The notes below the pieces were generated by a model. It saw only the letters and a program-made list of their open reading frames with translations, had not been told where the DNA came from and searched no databases. A DNA stretch of 64,000 nt from Alphaproteobacteria bacterium (lineage in GTDB: Bacteria > Pseudomonadota > Alphaproteobacteria > RF32 > CAG-239). The position numbers were made by a program, and so were the translations under genes. Location of the stretch: positions 9,277-73,276 of the forward strand of contig JAGCXO010000036.1 in assembly GCA_017961285.1 (NCBI GenBank). The letters are read 5' to 3'. Of this stretch, positions 48,758 to 57,689 are shown piece by piece (the stretch's first letter is position 1; every line of letters begins with the position of its first letter).

Positions 48758-49639
48758 CTAAAATCTGGTAAATTTTGCAAAAGAATTTAAAAACGGCATG
48801 ATAATGTTGCCGGAGAAATTGCCCTCACTATAGCCAAGAATATAATGTTGCGGAGGAAGTATCGGGTTGCGTATGTTGTCAAAAAGAGCGTTTTGGACAG
48901 ACAAATTATTTTCGGCAATGAAGGCGCTGAGATTATATGACCATGAGACAGTGTTGAAGTTGCCAAATACAACAACCGGATTGTCTTGTTGGGTTATAAA
49001 CAAAGATATTTTTTTCAGCATCGAATCTATTTGAGATGGAAGAAATTCGGAAAAATCTACGGCGATGTATGTTATCGGAAGTTCATTTTTTTCGAGTATT
49101 GCATATGCGGCATAGGTGCCAAAATTGAGGTCGATGCGGCCTGATTGTTTGATCGGCAGGCGGGTAATTATAAAATTTTGAAAGTCATTATCGGGGGCAA
49201 TAACTTTATAATTGTCAGGTATTATATCCTGAATTTCAAAATTTTGCAGATTGGAGTTGGTTATTGCTATAATTTCGGGGTTGTGTCGGGATATTTGCTC
49301 AAGGACAGGTGAAATGCTGTTTTGGTTGTTGCCGAAAAGTATGGAAGAATCCGGAGACGATGATCCTGAATTGAAAAAATTGCTGGTTGAAGAGATGGCA
49401 AAAAAGTTGATGACACTTAATATAAAAAAGATAAACGATAATAAATATATTTTTTTACAAAAAGCATAAATAAATATGACGGCAAGTAACAAATATAATT
49501 GAAAACGATATTCTGCCAACAAGGCGCAAAAATCGTTTTGGTAAAAGCCTGCGAAAGTCATAACGAGAGAAAAGAGCAAAAAAATGTTCAGGCTTGTTTT
49601 TATGAAGGCTTGATGCTTTTTATTGGAAAGGTATCCCAT
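48758..49639 (-). CDS. hypothetical polytopic membrane protein
   Basis: Three N-terminal TM helices followed by a soluble domain of about 190 aa. It ends 56 nt upstream of the Lon-like gene. The weak GNFN resemblance to the EEP fold is not convincing. Confidence 0.4.
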   Translation of the reverse strand: MGYLSNKKHQAFIKTSLNIFLLFSLVMTFAGFYQNDFCALLAEYRFQLYLLLAVIFIYAFCKKIYLLSFIFFILSVINFFAISSTSNFFNSGSSSPDSSILFGNNQNSISPVLEQISRHNPEIIAITNSNLQNFEIQDIIPDNYKVIAPDNDFQNFIITRLPIKQSGRIDLNFGTYAAYAILEKNELPITYIAVDFSEFLPSQIDSMLKKISLFITQQDNPVVVFGNFNTVSWSYNLSAFIAENNLSVQNALFDNIRNPILPPQHYILGYSEGNFSGNIIMPFLNSFAKFTRF

Positions 49640-49729
49640 TGTATCTCTTCTTTTTTATTGTCTTTTGTTATAAACTATAGTATCTTATATATCGAAAAAA
49701 GATTTTTGTAAACATATGCCGGTGGGGAT

Positions 49730-50923
49730 ATGTATAATAATTTTATTATGAGGGTTGTTGAGTTTTTTAAGGATGTTGTAGCTGCTTTTTGTGAGCAGGC
49801 GGCTGATTATGCCAGTAGTTTGACTTTTCGTGAATTGGTGGCTGTGAGTTTTTTTGTGGGTTTGCTGTCCTTGGTTGTGATTTATATTGTTTTTTGCTCA
49901 ATAAGAAACAGAATAAATAAAAATATTGCAAGAAAACGCAGTGAGAGAAAAGCTTTGTTCCATAGCGATACGCGGTTGGACAGACAATGTGTTCAAAATG
50001 AGATAATTTCGGAAAGTGATGAAGATGCCGGCGGGGCAGAAAAAAATGGTGAGACGGCTTTTGATTGGAGCCCTGCTTCTAAGCACGGAGATGCGTTGTC
50101 GCATATTGTTTCGGGCGAGAATCTGCAATATAGGCTGAAACCTCACAGATTGGTCGATTTGCTGGGGTTGATTGTGGATTTGTTGTCGAGAGATGTTGAA
50201 GATGCAAAATTGGCGCAGGTCATTATGCATAAAAATCAGCATCTTAATAGTGAAGATGATATTATTTATACGATAGCTGCGATAAAGATGTTTGTAAAAA
50301 TGTCGAAAAACGGGGCTTTTAAGAAAATTGATACAAAAAAAATATTGCCAAATGAAATTGTGGCGCTTTTTAATTTGGCGCACGGAGATTGTTCTTTGGT
50401 GTTGATTTTGATTGAGGCTTATGTTGATGATGCTATTGATAAACTGAAAAATTTTGAGGATAGTGATCGGCAGAAGAAATATGTAGAAATTGCGGATTTG
50501 TGCGTTTGTTTCGGGACTTTGGCGATGTTTGAAGATGTGGGCTTGGCAAAGGGATCTTTTGAGCTGGCGATTGAACTTAATCCGCAAAATTCGGTGGCTT
50601 GGGGCCGGTTAGGTGATGCATATAGGCAGGCGCAAAATATGGATAAGGCTGTTTGGGCTTATATGAATGTGCTTAATTTGGGAGATGAGCAGGTATATAC
50701 TCAACAGATGGCTAATGCGGAGAAAATACTTGCGTTTTATTATCGTGAAAACGGCAAAAAAGAACAAGCGGTAAAAATGGGAGATAACAGCAAGTCTTTT
50801 TATGAAAAACTGGGTATCAACGTGCCGTTGACGGAAAGAGAAGATAGAATTGTTTATATAATTGAAACAAATGAACAAGATAATATAGAAAATATTGTTG
50901 AAAGATTGTTGCTCGCGAAATAG
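49730..50923 (+). CDS. membrane-anchored protein with C-terminal TPR-like repeats
   Basis: One TM helix (VSFFVGLLSLVVIYIVFCSI). AIELNPQNSVAWGRLGDAYRQAQNMDKAVWAYMNVLNL fits the TPR consensus. Confidence 0.5.
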   Translation: MYNNFIMRVVEFFKDVVAAFCEQAADYASSLTFRELVAVSFFVGLLSLVVIYIVFCSIRNRINKNIARKRSERKALFHSDTRLDRQCVQNEIISESDEDAGGAEKNGETAFDWSPASKHGDALSHIVSGENLQYRLKPHRLVDLLGLIVDLLSRDVEDAKLAQVIMHKNQHLNSEDDIIYTIAAIKMFVKMSKNGAFKKIDTKKILPNEIVALFNLAHGDCSLVLILIEAYVDDAIDKLKNFEDSDRQKKYVEIADLCVCFGTLAMFEDVGLAKGSFELAIELNPQNSVAWGRLGDAYRQAQNMDKAVWAYMNVLNLGDEQVYTQQMANAEKILAFYYRENGKKEQAVKMGDNSKSFYEKLGINVPLTEREDRIVYIIETNEQDNIENIVERLLLAK

Positions 50924-50926
50924 AGG

Positions 50927-51712
50927 TTATCTTTCGTTTTCCTTATCTTTATTTATATGCTCTTGTTTTTGGCGTGATGATGATTTTTCTTTGTTTTGTT
51001 TTTTTTGAGCAGGAGCTCTGCCGCTTTTTTCCATGATTATGTTTCGGGTATCTTCTTTGGTAGTTTTTTCGTTGTCGGAATTTTGGTTGTGTTCCGAAGA
51101 CAGTAAGGTTTTGATGTTTTGAATTGTGGAGACAAGACTCTCATCTTTTGCTTTGTTGTTTTTTTGTGTTTCTGTTTTGTCCTCGGGCATTATGACAGAA
51201 TCTTCTTTTGTGATCGGTTCTTCAACTTTTTTATTGTTCTTAAGAGGTTTATTTTTGGGTGCCGGTTCTTCTACGGTGCGGATGTGTTCTCTCAAGGGGC
51301 TGTTTTGGATGTTGATTTGTTCAATTTGAATCTGTTCAGGTTTTTGCAGTTGGGGTTCTTTTTCCATTTGGTCGAGCTGCAATTTTTCTTTTGGAGTCAG
51401 AGCCTTTTCCAGCGAGAATTTCGGCAGATTGTTAAAAACAGGAAGGAGTATATATTCTTCTTCGTCCTCGTCTTCGTCATCATATATTGAACTGCGAATT
51501 TTTTGTTTGCGCAACATTTTGTTTTTTGTCGGTTTGGCGCGCAATTTGGTGCGATTTTGTTTGCTTATTTTTTCGTTGGATTTGCGGCGAACGGCTTCTT
51601 CTAAATTGACTCTCAGAGTTAGGCGTTCGCGTTTGTCAAAACCGTTTTTCTTCCAATCCATATTATTTTTTTCTTGTTCTTTTAAGGAATTGGTTTCAGC
51701 ATCTTCTGTCAT
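50927..51712 (-). CDS. Lys/Glu/Gln/Asn-rich low-complexity protein (hypothetical)
   Basis: 261-codon ORF with strongly charged composition and an acidic DDEDEDEEE run. No hydrophobic core is apparent. It may be real but has no recognisable fold. Confidence 0.4.
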   Translation of the reverse strand: MTEDAETNSLKEQEKNNMDWKKNGFDKRERLTLRVNLEEAVRRKSNEKISKQNRTKLRAKPTKNKMLRKQKIRSSIYDDEDEDEEEYILLPVFNNLPKFSLEKALTPKEKLQLDQMEKEPQLQKPEQIQIEQINIQNSPLREHIRTVEEPAPKNKPLKNNKKVEEPITKEDSVIMPEDKTETQKNNKAKDESLVSTIQNIKTLLSSEHNQNSDNEKTTKEDTRNIIMEKSGRAPAQKKQNKEKSSSRQKQEHINKDKENER

Positions 51713-51774
51713 TATCGTTTCCTTGAAATTCTTTTGATAAGAGTTTAAGAAATTTTCTGTTTGTTGTCAAATGA

Positions 51775-53460
51775 TTATGTGTTTTGGGTTTTTCGCATTG
51801 TAACCATGATGGATTCATTTGATAGCAGAGTTGAAAAACATTCTATGGTGTCGAGATTGTTTCTTTTTAAGCAAAATGCTTGGGTGTTGTTGGAGAAAAG
51901 ATAGTTAAATATTTCTTTTTTGAAAGCATTCCAGTCGGTAACATCACTAAAATATCGGCGTTGCATTTCCCAAAGTTCGCTAAAAGTCGGTTCGTTGAGC
52001 ATTTGTTCGTTTTGCATGTTCCATAAATCAAGATATGCTTGGTTATAGAATGTCAATTTTCCGTTGCTGCCGAAAATTAGAATTGCATCGCTGATTTTAT
52101 TTAGGATTTCCTGTTGCGTGCTTAAGAGTTGGTTATAGTCGCGGCGTGCGGCAAGGCGGTCTGATATATCTTCATAAGCAAAGACAAGCCCGCCGTGCAG
52201 ATATGGGGCTCTAACTCTTCTCAATGAGCGGCCGTCAGGCAGGTGTATCAAGTCTTCTTTGGGCTCAATAATTTTGCTGAACATTTTTTGTTCTTCGTTC
52301 TTAAAATATGGATAGTCAGGGACTTCCATAATGAGTCTCCGTTCTCGCAGACTGTCGAGGAAATTGGCATAAGTGTGGTTGCTGCTCAGCCATTCATCAT
52401 CAAAGTTCCAAAGTTGTTTGAAGGCACTGTTGTAGAACAGAAGTTTGAATTTATCATCAAAGACGGCAAAGGCGGTTCCCAATGCGCCCAAAATTTCGAG
52501 ATGGGCATTTTGGCGCTGTTTTATGCTATGTGAGAGCTCATCAAATTCGCTGATGTCGCGAAGAGTTCCGACTGTGGCAATTTTATCCAAACTTTCTTGC
52601 GCATGAAAAGGTATTTCGATGGCCTCATAGCAAAAATGTTTTCCGTTGCGGTTTTGATGTATTTTGCATATTTGCGGGCGATTGTTCTTTTGTGCCTGAA
52701 CGGCTATTTTTTTGATGCTTCCTTCTTCGCTGCTGCAGTCAATTTCTATATTGTTGGAGAGAATATTGTTTTTGTCGGTGTTGCTTAAAAATTCGGTATA
52801 TTTTTTATTTGTGGCAACTAAATTTAATTCGGTATCTCGAAGCCATACAGGGTATGGAAGGTTGTCTAAAAGATTTTCCAAATCGAGCAAACGTTTTTGG
52901 AGTTGATGTTGATGTGAGATGAGGTTGTTTATGAAAGAACTGTCGTTGCTGATATCTCTAAACCAAATGATGTCGCCGTATTTACTTCCGTCGGCACCGC
53001 TGATGCGTGCTCCGCTCAGATTGAAAGTTTTGCCGTTTTTAAGCGTAAATTTGTCTTCGAAAGAGACGGCATCTTCTTTGAGTAATGCTATATATTTGTT
53101 GATTTTATCAATGTCGTCTTTGTAAAAATTTTTCAAAACTTCGTTTAAGTTGGAATCGATGCCGTTCGGTAAAGATAGCATTACGGCCAAGCGACGAGAG
53201 CATTTTTCGATGATTTCCTGATGAGAATCTTCAATATTATCGTCGGGATATATGTATATATAGTAGCCGTCGTGAGCGGCGTTGATGGTTTCGGAATAGC
53301 GATCTTCGGTGCGTTTTAAGTAAAAAATTTGTTTTTTTATAACGGATAATTTGTAGGACAGCACCAATATGACAAATAAAAAACACAAAAATATACCGAA
53401 GTTGATATACCACAATTCCGGTGCCGCATAATACATATTTATCAGCAGTTCTTTACTCAT
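51775..53460 (-). CDS. membrane-anchored multi-PAS sensor protein lacking a kinase/output domain
   Basis: One TM helix, then repeated PAS(PAS_7-like) blocks (..AFAVFDDKFKLLFYNSAFKQLWN.., ..AILIFGSNGKLTFYNQAYLDLWN..). No H-box or HATPase motif before the stop. Confidence 0.6.
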   Translation of the reverse strand: MSKELLINMYYAAPELWYINFGIFLCFLFVILVLSYKLSVIKKQIFYLKRTEDRYSETINAAHDGYYIYIYPDDNIEDSHQEIIEKCSRRLAVMLSLPNGIDSNLNEVLKNFYKDDIDKINKYIALLKEDAVSFEDKFTLKNGKTFNLSGARISGADGSKYGDIIWFRDISNDSSFINNLISHQHQLQKRLLDLENLLDNLPYPVWLRDTELNLVATNKKYTEFLSNTDKNNILSNNIEIDCSSEEGSIKKIAVQAQKNNRPQICKIHQNRNGKHFCYEAIEIPFHAQESLDKIATVGTLRDISEFDELSHSIKQRQNAHLEILGALGTAFAVFDDKFKLLFYNSAFKQLWNFDDEWLSSNHTYANFLDSLRERRLIMEVPDYPYFKNEEQKMFSKIIEPKEDLIHLPDGRSLRRVRAPYLHGGLVFAYEDISDRLAARRDYNQLLSTQQEILNKISDAILIFGSNGKLTFYNQAYLDLWNMQNEQMLNEPTFSELWEMQRRYFSDVTDWNAFKKEIFNYLFSNNTQAFCLKRNNLDTIECFSTLLSNESIMVTMRKTQNT

Positions 53461-53554
53461 TGCTTTTTTAATTTTTTTTTACTATTTTTTCTTATTGTAT
53501 TATATATGATAAGATTTATGATGAAAACAGAAAAATTAAACGGTAAACAAGAAG

Positions 53555-54214
53555 ATGTTAAATTTGGCTTTTGATACTACGGCTGCAGGCTGTGCTGTTG
53601 CGTTGATGAAAGACGATAAAGTGTTGCAAAAATCTGTAAAAAAAATGGATTTCGGGCAGGCAGAATCGTTGATGCTGGAGATAAAACGCATATTGCAGGA
53701 ACAATCGATAGAAATGGAAGATTTGGATTTGATTACGGTTTGCACCGGTCCGGGATCTTTTACGGGTGTCAGGTCTTCTTTGGCGGCGGCGAGAACTTTT
53801 GGTTTGGCGTTGCCAAAAGTTGAGCTGACGGGAGTTTCTGCTTTTGAGGCATATATTGAAAATTTGGATTGTGATGAGTTGGCGGAGTTGAACGCGGTGA
53901 TTATCGAAACCAAACGCAGTGATTTTTATTTTCAACTCTTTGATAAAAAAAAGAAAAATCTTTGTGAACCGATGGCGGCAGAATATGATGATATTATAAA
54001 AATGCTGAGGCACAAAAAAGTGTCGTTGATCGGTGACGGGGTGGAAAGGTTTTTATCGAAACCGTCGGGATTGAGTCTGCATGTGATTAAAATGGAAGAT
54101 ATGATTTCCGTTGAGGCTTTGGCGCGTTGCGGAAGCAGGCGGATGAAACAAAAGAATTTGGATTATCCGAAGCCCTTGTATTTGCGTGCGCCGGATGTTT
54201 GCGTGAAAAACTAA
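53555..54214 (+). CDS. tsaB: tRNA t6A37 biosynthesis protein TsaB
   Basis: MLNLAFDTTAAGCAVAL and GPGSFTGVRSSLAAAR motifs. About 220 aa. Confidence 0.9.
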   Translation: MLNLAFDTTAAGCAVALMKDDKVLQKSVKKMDFGQAESLMLEIKRILQEQSIEMEDLDLITVCTGPGSFTGVRSSLAAARTFGLALPKVELTGVSAFEAYIENLDCDELAELNAVIIETKRSDFYFQLFDKKKKNLCEPMAAEYDDIIKMLRHKKVSLIGDGVERFLSKPSGLSLHVIKMEDMISVEALARCGSRRMKQKNLDYPKPLYLRAPDVCVKN

Positions 54215-54226
54215 AAAAAGAATCGG

Positions 54227-56074
54227 GTGCAGGATATGCCTAAAAAAAGTGATGAAAAAAAAATAAAAAAGCCAAAAAAATCCGCGAAGAAAACAACGGC
54301 TAAAAAGAAATCTGTCAGACGAAAAAGAAGTAAAAAATTTCGTTGGTTGAAGCCGTTGTTACTTTTGATGTTTTTGGTATTGCTTGTAGTAGCTGCCTAT
54401 GTCGGATATTGTTGGTTTTCGATGCCGGATATTTCCAAATCTATTGAGCGCACGAGGCTGCCATCGACGACAATTTTGACCGAAAACGGCAAGGAGATAG
54501 AATCGTATGGAGGGGTTTATTCCGACGTTATATATGCGGATGAATTGCCTGATTATGTTGTTGGTGCGGTGGTGGCAACCGAAGACAGAAGGTTTTATTC
54601 GCATTTTGGTTTTGATATAATTTCTTTTTTGAGAGCAATGGCGGTCAATCTGAAAAACCGACGATATGTGCAGGGGGCCAGCACTATAACACAGCAAGTG
54701 AGTAAAAATTTGTTTTTGACGCCGAAGAAAAATATTAAGCGAAAAGTTCAAGAGTTGTTAATGGCGTTTTGGCTTGAGAAGCATTTCAGCAAAAATCAAA
54801 TTTTGACTTTGTACTTAAACAGAGTTTATATGGGGGCCGGAACTTATGGTTTTGAGGCGGCGGCGCAAAAGTTTTTCCATAAGAGCTGTCATGATATAAA
54901 TATGCATGAGGCGGCAATTTTGGCGGGAGTTTTGAAAGCGCCGGCAAAATATAATCCGATTTCGAACAAGGCAAATGCTTTGGCAAGAGCAAAAGTGGTT
55001 TTGCAAAATATGGTTAACAGCGATAAAATTTCACAAAAGCAAATGAATCAGGCGCTTAATATGCCGCTCGGCAATCAATATTATGATTTTGCGGGTGGAA
55101 AATATTTTGGAGATTGGGTGTTTAATGAACTGAATGCTTATGTCGGAGAACGAAATGTTGACGTTGATGTTTATACGACTTTGGATGAAAAGATTCAAAA
55201 TGCGGCGGAAGAAATTTTGCAGGAAGTGATTGCAAAAAATAAGCAAAATAATGTTACCAACGGGGCGATAGTTGTTTTGGATAATCATGGTGCAATCAAG
55301 GCTATGGTCGGAGGAATCGATTATCGGAAAAGCCAATATAATCGTGCGACGCAAGCACTTCGGCAACCGGGGTCTTCGTTCAAGCTTTTCGTTTATTTGG
55401 CGGCGCTCGAAAACGGTTTTTCACCAAAGGATAAAATAGTCGATAGTCCTTTGCAAATCGGTAAGTGGAAGCCGGAAAATTATGATAAAAAATATTACGG
55501 CGAAATCACTTTGGATGAGGCTTTTAGGCGATCGCTGAATTTGGCGACGGTTGATTTGTCGCAAAAAGTAGGGAGGAAAAAAATTATTAAACTGGCTCAT
55601 AAAATGGGTATATCAACACCGATAGCCGACATTCCTTCTGTGGTGCTGGGGAGCTCGGAGGTGAAAGTTTTGGAAATGGCGCTGGCGTATTCGGTTGTGG
55701 CCAACGGAGGATATGCAAATTGGCCTTATTCCATTGCGGAAATATACAGCAAAGACGGACATTTGATTTATGAGAGAGTTTTTGACGAGAAGCAGAGAAT
55801 TGTCAGCGAAAATTCGGTTGAAGAAATTACTTCGATGTTGCAGAATGTTATAAATTTCGGCACTGGGAAAAAGGCAAAATTGCCGTTTTTTGCGGCCGGA
55901 AAAACCGGAACTTCACAAGATTATCGTGATGCTTGGTTTATCGGTTTTACCAAAAATTATACCGCGGCGGTTTGGCTAGGAAATGACGATAATTCTCCGA
56001 TGAAAAATATCGGGGGCGGAACTTTGCCGGCGGAAATATGGAAAAAATTGATGCTACAAGTTGAACAAGACTAA
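54227..56074 (+). CDS. class A penicillin-binding protein (GT51 transglycosylase + transpeptidase)
   Basis: Basic N-terminus plus TM. GT51 motifs (EDRRFYSHFGFD, GASTITQQ, RKVQE) and transpeptidase SxxK (SSFK), SLN and KTGT. The start may be the GTG at 54227 or the ATG at 54236. Confidence 0.9.
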   Translation: MQDMPKKSDEKKIKKPKKSAKKTTAKKKSVRRKRSKKFRWLKPLLLLMFLVLLVVAAYVGYCWFSMPDISKSIERTRLPSTTILTENGKEIESYGGVYSDVIYADELPDYVVGAVVATEDRRFYSHFGFDIISFLRAMAVNLKNRRYVQGASTITQQVSKNLFLTPKKNIKRKVQELLMAFWLEKHFSKNQILTLYLNRVYMGAGTYGFEAAAQKFFHKSCHDINMHEAAILAGVLKAPAKYNPISNKANALARAKVVLQNMVNSDKISQKQMNQALNMPLGNQYYDFAGGKYFGDWVFNELNAYVGERNVDVDVYTTLDEKIQNAAEEILQEVIAKNKQNNVTNGAIVVLDNHGAIKAMVGGIDYRKSQYNRATQALRQPGSSFKLFVYLAALENGFSPKDKIVDSPLQIGKWKPENYDKKYYGEITLDEAFRRSLNLATVDLSQKVGRKKIIKLAHKMGISTPIADIPSVVLGSSEVKVLEMALAYSVVANGGYANWPYSIAEIYSKDGHLIYERVFDEKQRIVSENSVEEITSMLQNVINFGTGKKAKLPFFAAGKTGTSQDYRDAWFIGFTKNYTAAVWLGNDDNSPMKNIGGGTLPAEIWKKLMLQVEQD

Positions 56075-56142
56075 AATTATACTTTTATTCAAAACAGTAT
56101 TTATATATATTGTGTAAAGAATCGAATTTGAAAGAGGAAAAA

Positions 56143-57678
56143 ATGAGACAAAAACCTGTTATGCTTTTGATACTAGACGGCTGGGGATATAGAGATAAGA
56201 TTACCTCGGATAACGCAATCGAACAAGGTAATACGCCAAATTGGCATAAATATTTGCAAGAATATCCGCATAATTTGATTGCAACTTCGGGATTGGCGGT
56301 CGGTTTGCCGGAAGGACAAATGGGCAACTCGGAAGTGGGGCACACCAATTTGGGCGCCGGTCGTGTGGTTATGCAGGATTTGCCGAAAATCGATATGGCA
56401 ATTAAAAGTGGCGAGATGGAGAAAAACAAGATTTTGCAAAAGCTGATTAAAACTTTGCAGGATAGCGGAAAAACCTGCCATTTGATGGGTTTGATGTCTC
56501 CGGGCGGAGTGCATTCTTCACAATCACATATTGTGGCTTTGGCAAAAATATTGGATGCTAACGGAATTAAGGTTGCGGTACATGCTTTTTTGGACGGCAG
56601 AGATACGCCGCCGGAATCGGCAAGAGGTTTTTTGAAGGATTTTGCAAAAGAAACAAAAGATTTGCACAATGTTAAAGTTGTAACTTTATCGGGCCGCTTT
56701 TATGCCATGGACAGAGATAAGCGCTGGGACAGAGTTGAGAAAGCTTATAATAATATGGTTTTGGCCGATGGAGAACGTTACGCAACGGCAGATGAGGCAA
56801 TAGCTTCTTCTTATGCCGATAAAGTTACGGATGAATTTGTAGTGCCTTGCGTTGTCGGTGATTATAACGGAATGAATGACGGTGATGCGGTGCTGATGGC
56901 AAATTTCAGAGCTGACAGAGCTAGAGAAATATTATATGCTTTGGCAGATGAAACTTTTGCCGGTTTTGAGCGCAAAAAAGTTGTAAAACTTGCGATGGCG
57001 GTCGGAATGACGGAATATTCGGTTGACCATAACCGCTTTATGCAAACAATGTATCCACCCGAGGCTTTGAGTAATATTTTCGGAGAAGTTGTGGCGGAAA
57101 ACGGTTTGACACAGCTGAGGATTGCCGAGACGGAAAAATATGCGCATGTAACTTTCTTTTTCAACGGAGGAGAAGAAAAAGAGTTTGAAGGAGAATCGCG
57201 CATTTTGGTTCCGAGCCCGAAAGTTGCAACCTATGACTTGAAGCCGGAAATGTCGATTTATGAAGTTACGGCAGAACTGTTGGCGGCGATTGAAAACAAG
57301 AAGTTTGATGTGATAATTTGTAATTATGCCAACGGTGATATGGTCGGACATACGGGAGTTATGGATGCTGCGCTGAAAGCGGTGGCGGCAGTTGATGATT
57401 GTTTGGGAAAAGTTGTTGATGCAATTATCAATGTCGGAGGTGTGATTTTGGTGACGGCGGATCATGGTAATGTTGAAAAAATGGTTGATGAAGAAACCGG
57501 AGAGCCATATACGGCACATACTGTCGGCGATGTGCAGGCGGTTTTGATAAATGCGCCGAAAAATATTGTCGGTCTTAATAAAGGTCGTTTGGCTGATATT
57601 GCGCCGACTTTGCTCGAGTTGCTCAATATTAAACAACCAAAAGAAATGACCGGAAAATCTTTGTTGATGAAAAAATAG
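56143..57678 (+). CDS. gpmI: 2,3-bisphosphoglycerate-independent phosphoglycerate mutase
   Basis: LLILDGWG, GNSEVGHTNLGAGR, DGRDTPP and GDMVGHTG motifs. The ATG is preceded by AGAGGA. Confidence 0.95.
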   Translation: MRQKPVMLLILDGWGYRDKITSDNAIEQGNTPNWHKYLQEYPHNLIATSGLAVGLPEGQMGNSEVGHTNLGAGRVVMQDLPKIDMAIKSGEMEKNKILQKLIKTLQDSGKTCHLMGLMSPGGVHSSQSHIVALAKILDANGIKVAVHAFLDGRDTPPESARGFLKDFAKETKDLHNVKVVTLSGRFYAMDRDKRWDRVEKAYNNMVLADGERYATADEAIASSYADKVTDEFVVPCVVGDYNGMNDGDAVLMANFRADRAREILYALADETFAGFERKKVVKLAMAVGMTEYSVDHNRFMQTMYPPEALSNIFGEVVAENGLTQLRIAETEKYAHVTFFFNGGEEKEFEGESRILVPSPKVATYDLKPEMSIYEVTAELLAAIENKKFDVIICNYANGDMVGHTGVMDAALKAVAAVDDCLGKVVDAIINVGGVILVTADHGNVEKMVDEETGEPYTAHTVGDVQAVLINAPKNIVGLNKGRLADIAPTLLELLNIKQPKEMTGKSLLMKK

Positions 57679-57689
57679 GAACTGAAAAC

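Noticed and set aside
48758-49639. The soluble domain of the membrane protein might be an endonuclease/exonuclease/phosphatase fold, based on a GNFN motif resembling GDFN.
   Set aside because: The other EEP signature residues are not evident: the N-terminal catalytic Glu after a beta strand and the C-terminal SDH. The similarity is too thin to call.
56085-56669. A 194-aa antisense ORF opposite gpmI. Similar long shadow ORFs occur at 40652-41386 (dnaK), 49898-50587, 30646-31329 (yejA), 33008-33574 (accA), 35879-36355 (accD), 17227-17868 (ettA) and 11073-11612.
   Set aside because: Each lies fully inside a well-supported gene on the other strand and has low-complexity or Cys/Ser/Ile-rich translations typical of antisense frames.
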